Virus record (IMG/VR): IMGVR_UViG_3300006175_000012
Location: 1,304-65,303 of that record
Reading direction: 5' to 3' (one strand)
Source of the DNA: a virus
Lineage: Duplodnaviria > Caudoviricetes
Length of the DNA stretch: 64,000 nt
In this document: positions 62,485 to 64,000 of the stretch, piece after piece
Layout of the letters: each line of letters begins with the position of its first letter
Position numbering within the stretch: the stretch's first letter is position 1
Notes under the pieces: generated by a model
What the model was told of the DNA's origin: nothing
The model's database searches: none
The model's input: only the letters and a program-made list of their open reading frames with translations
Made by a program: the position numbers and the translations under genes

Positions 62485-62528
62485 GGAGGCTCGGTCAAAC
62501 GAGCCCGCATGATCGCGAGGTCGGTTCC

Positions 62529-63260
62529 ATGCCCCGCAAACGCACCGAGGACGACCGGCAGCGCGCCGCCGACCGCTGGAGCGCCTGGCTGCGCGAAACA
62601 GCGCAACGCCAAGGCAAGCGCCAGATCGACCTGATCAAGGAATCCGGCGGCGTGCTCTCCTCGGCGACACTCTCCCAATGGTGGGACGGCAAGTACTCCG
62701 CCCGGCCCGAGCTCGCGATCCTGGTTGCCGACCTGCTCGGCGCGAGCGAGATCGACGCGCTGCGCGCGGCCGGCCACGAAACGCTCGCGCAGCGCATGGA
62801 GCGCCGCGGGCGCCAAGGCAGCGCCGCCACCGCACGACGCTTCGGCGCATGGCTGCGCGGGCGTGCGCGCGAGCGCGAGCTGACCCCGGAAGACTTCCTC
62901 GACATCACCGCCCCCGAAAAGCCCTTCACCGCCGAGACCCTGGAGGGGTGGTGGATCGGGCAGCAACTGCCGGACCCGGTGAACGCGGCCCTGCTCGGGC
63001 TCATCCTCAACCCCGACGACCCGCGCGGCCCCATTGACGCGTTGCGCGCCGCGGGCTACGACGACCTGGCGGACACCGCCGAGGCCCTGCGCCGCTTCCA
63101 GGACCCGCATGTGCGCCGCGCCGCGCGCCTCGTGCACGACCCCAAAGCCCGCGACCAGATCATCGCAGAGTACGAACGACGCATCGAAGACGGTCGCCGC
63201 GACGCCGCAGAGGTCCTCGAACTCAAAGCGCAGGCGGCGGCGCGCAACGGCGGCAATTAG
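62529..63260 (+). CDS. Putative prophage repressor with two tandem XRE-like domains
   Basis: Two repeats of [WF].AWLR..TL..WW.G...IDALRAAG[HY]. Confidence 0.7.
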   Translation: MPRKRTEDDRQRAADRWSAWLRETAQRQGKRQIDLIKESGGVLSSATLSQWWDGKYSARPELAILVADLLGASEIDALRAAGHETLAQRMERRGRQGSAATARRFGAWLRGRARERELTPEDFLDITAPEKPFTAETLEGWWIGQQLPDPVNAALLGLILNPDDPRGPIDALRAAGYDDLADTAEALRRFQDPHVRRAARLVHDPKARDQIIAEYERRIEDGRRDAAEVLELKAQAAARNGGN

Positions 63261-63405
63261 AGGCCGGCGACCCGCCTATCGTGCCCTAAGCCATCACCCG
63301 AAGGAGTGGCCTCTGTTACGGTCCGTACCGCAAGGCAGTACTGTGACGAAGCTTCGGGCCGGCCGCGTACGCGGCCATTCGGGCGGCCCGTGTGGAAGGG
63401 GTGGC

Positions 63406-64000
63406 ATGCGCGAGGATGACGCACGCCTGCGGCCGCGCGAGCGCACCAGGAAATGGCTCGCGGCCACCGGCCTGGGCGGCTGGGCGCTGGGTGGCCTGGT
63501 CTGGGCGTCGCAGGCGCTGCCCGCGGCCCGCATGAACCCGCAACTGTGCTACAGCCTCGTGATCTGGCTCTTCGCGTGGGGGATCACCGGCGTGGACGCC
63601 GCGATGTTCTTCCCCGACGCGCATCGAACCTCTCGGCTTTTCGCGCTCGGCGTCGCCCTGCGGCATGCGGGTCCCGGCGCCGGCGGCGCCGGAGGGGTTG
63701 CGTCGCGCGAAGCGGTCTACCGTGCCTGCGGAGTGCTCGGAGCGGCGACGTGGGTGTCCGCCGCCACCGTAGATGGCCTAACCGCCGCCGGGGTATGGCA
63801 CTTCCAGGGACTGAACTTCCGGCTGTTCACCCTCTTCGTCTTGGTGGTAGCCAGCCGCGCCACCGTGATCCGTATCGCGGGGCCGAATATGGCGCTTGCC
63901 GACATGGCGGAGAGCAGCGCCGCAACGGCTGCCCGCCTCGCGCGGGAGTACGAGAGCCGCCTGCCGGCACAGCAGCACCGCCAGGCGACGGCCAAGCGGC
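63406..64000 (+). CDS. Membrane protein (runs off window)
   Basis: Open frame MREDDARL..; several hydrophobic segments. Confidence 0.55.
   Translation, partial: MREDDARLRPRERTRKWLAATGLGGWALGGLVWASQALPAARMNPQLCYSLVIWLFAWGITGVDAAMFFPDAHRTSRLFALGVALRHAGPGAGGAGGVASREAVYRACGVLGAATWVSAATVDGLTAAGVWHFQGLNFRLFTLFVLVVASRATVIRIAGPNMALADMAESSAATAARLAREYESRLPAQQHRQATAKR

Larger units (their letters stand above)
1..64000. mobile_element. Composite actinomycete mobile region: AICE/plasmid-like left arm plus prophage early/replication region; boundaries and att sites not visible
   Basis: Dense, translationally coupled (ATGA/GTGA) small ORFs; recombinase, RecT/YqaJ, DnaB, HNH, WhiB, repressor/cro, GntR-xis modules; no housekeeping or virion genes. 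Confidence 0.85.

Noticed and set aside
1-64000. Virion structural/lysis module and att sites
   Set aside because: No terminase, portal, capsid, tail or lysin motifs recognised and no flanking direct repeat seen; they may lie outside the window

Overview
High-GC (about 70%+) actinomycete-type DNA that looks like mobile-element sequence from end to end. No host housekeeping genes and no capsid, tail or terminase genes are visible. The left part (1-18 kb) is AICE/plasmid-like: a DUF2637/Spd-like gene, two GntR-UTRA regulator plus excisionase-HTH modules, an AAA helicase, two paralogous initiator-like genes with internal iterons, a tRNA-Arg(ACG)-like gene and tandem Nudix genes. The middle (18-29 kb) is accessory cargo, including a Thg1/nucleotidyltransferase/PNK-phosphatase RNA-repair trio and a minimal DNA ligase. 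The right part (29-63 kb) is a long minus-strand prophage early operon (YqaJ-RecT, two DNA MTases, PAPS-reductase family, initiator-loader-DnaB, WhiB, HNH nucleases, tyrosine recombinase, MazG) facing a divergent repressor. The standout is at 18.4-20.0 kb on the minus strand: a stand-alone Cas7/RAMP-like gene, a coupled 140-aa gene, and a 470-nt non-coding array of GGY-NN pentamers cut into 8 units by GGCAGGC separators. This looks like a non-CRISPR RNA-guided system (VIPR-like) whose NN dinucleotides would spell gapped targets; one unit partially matches the -10 region of the system's own promoter. All calls come from reading motifs by eye; no database searches were run.
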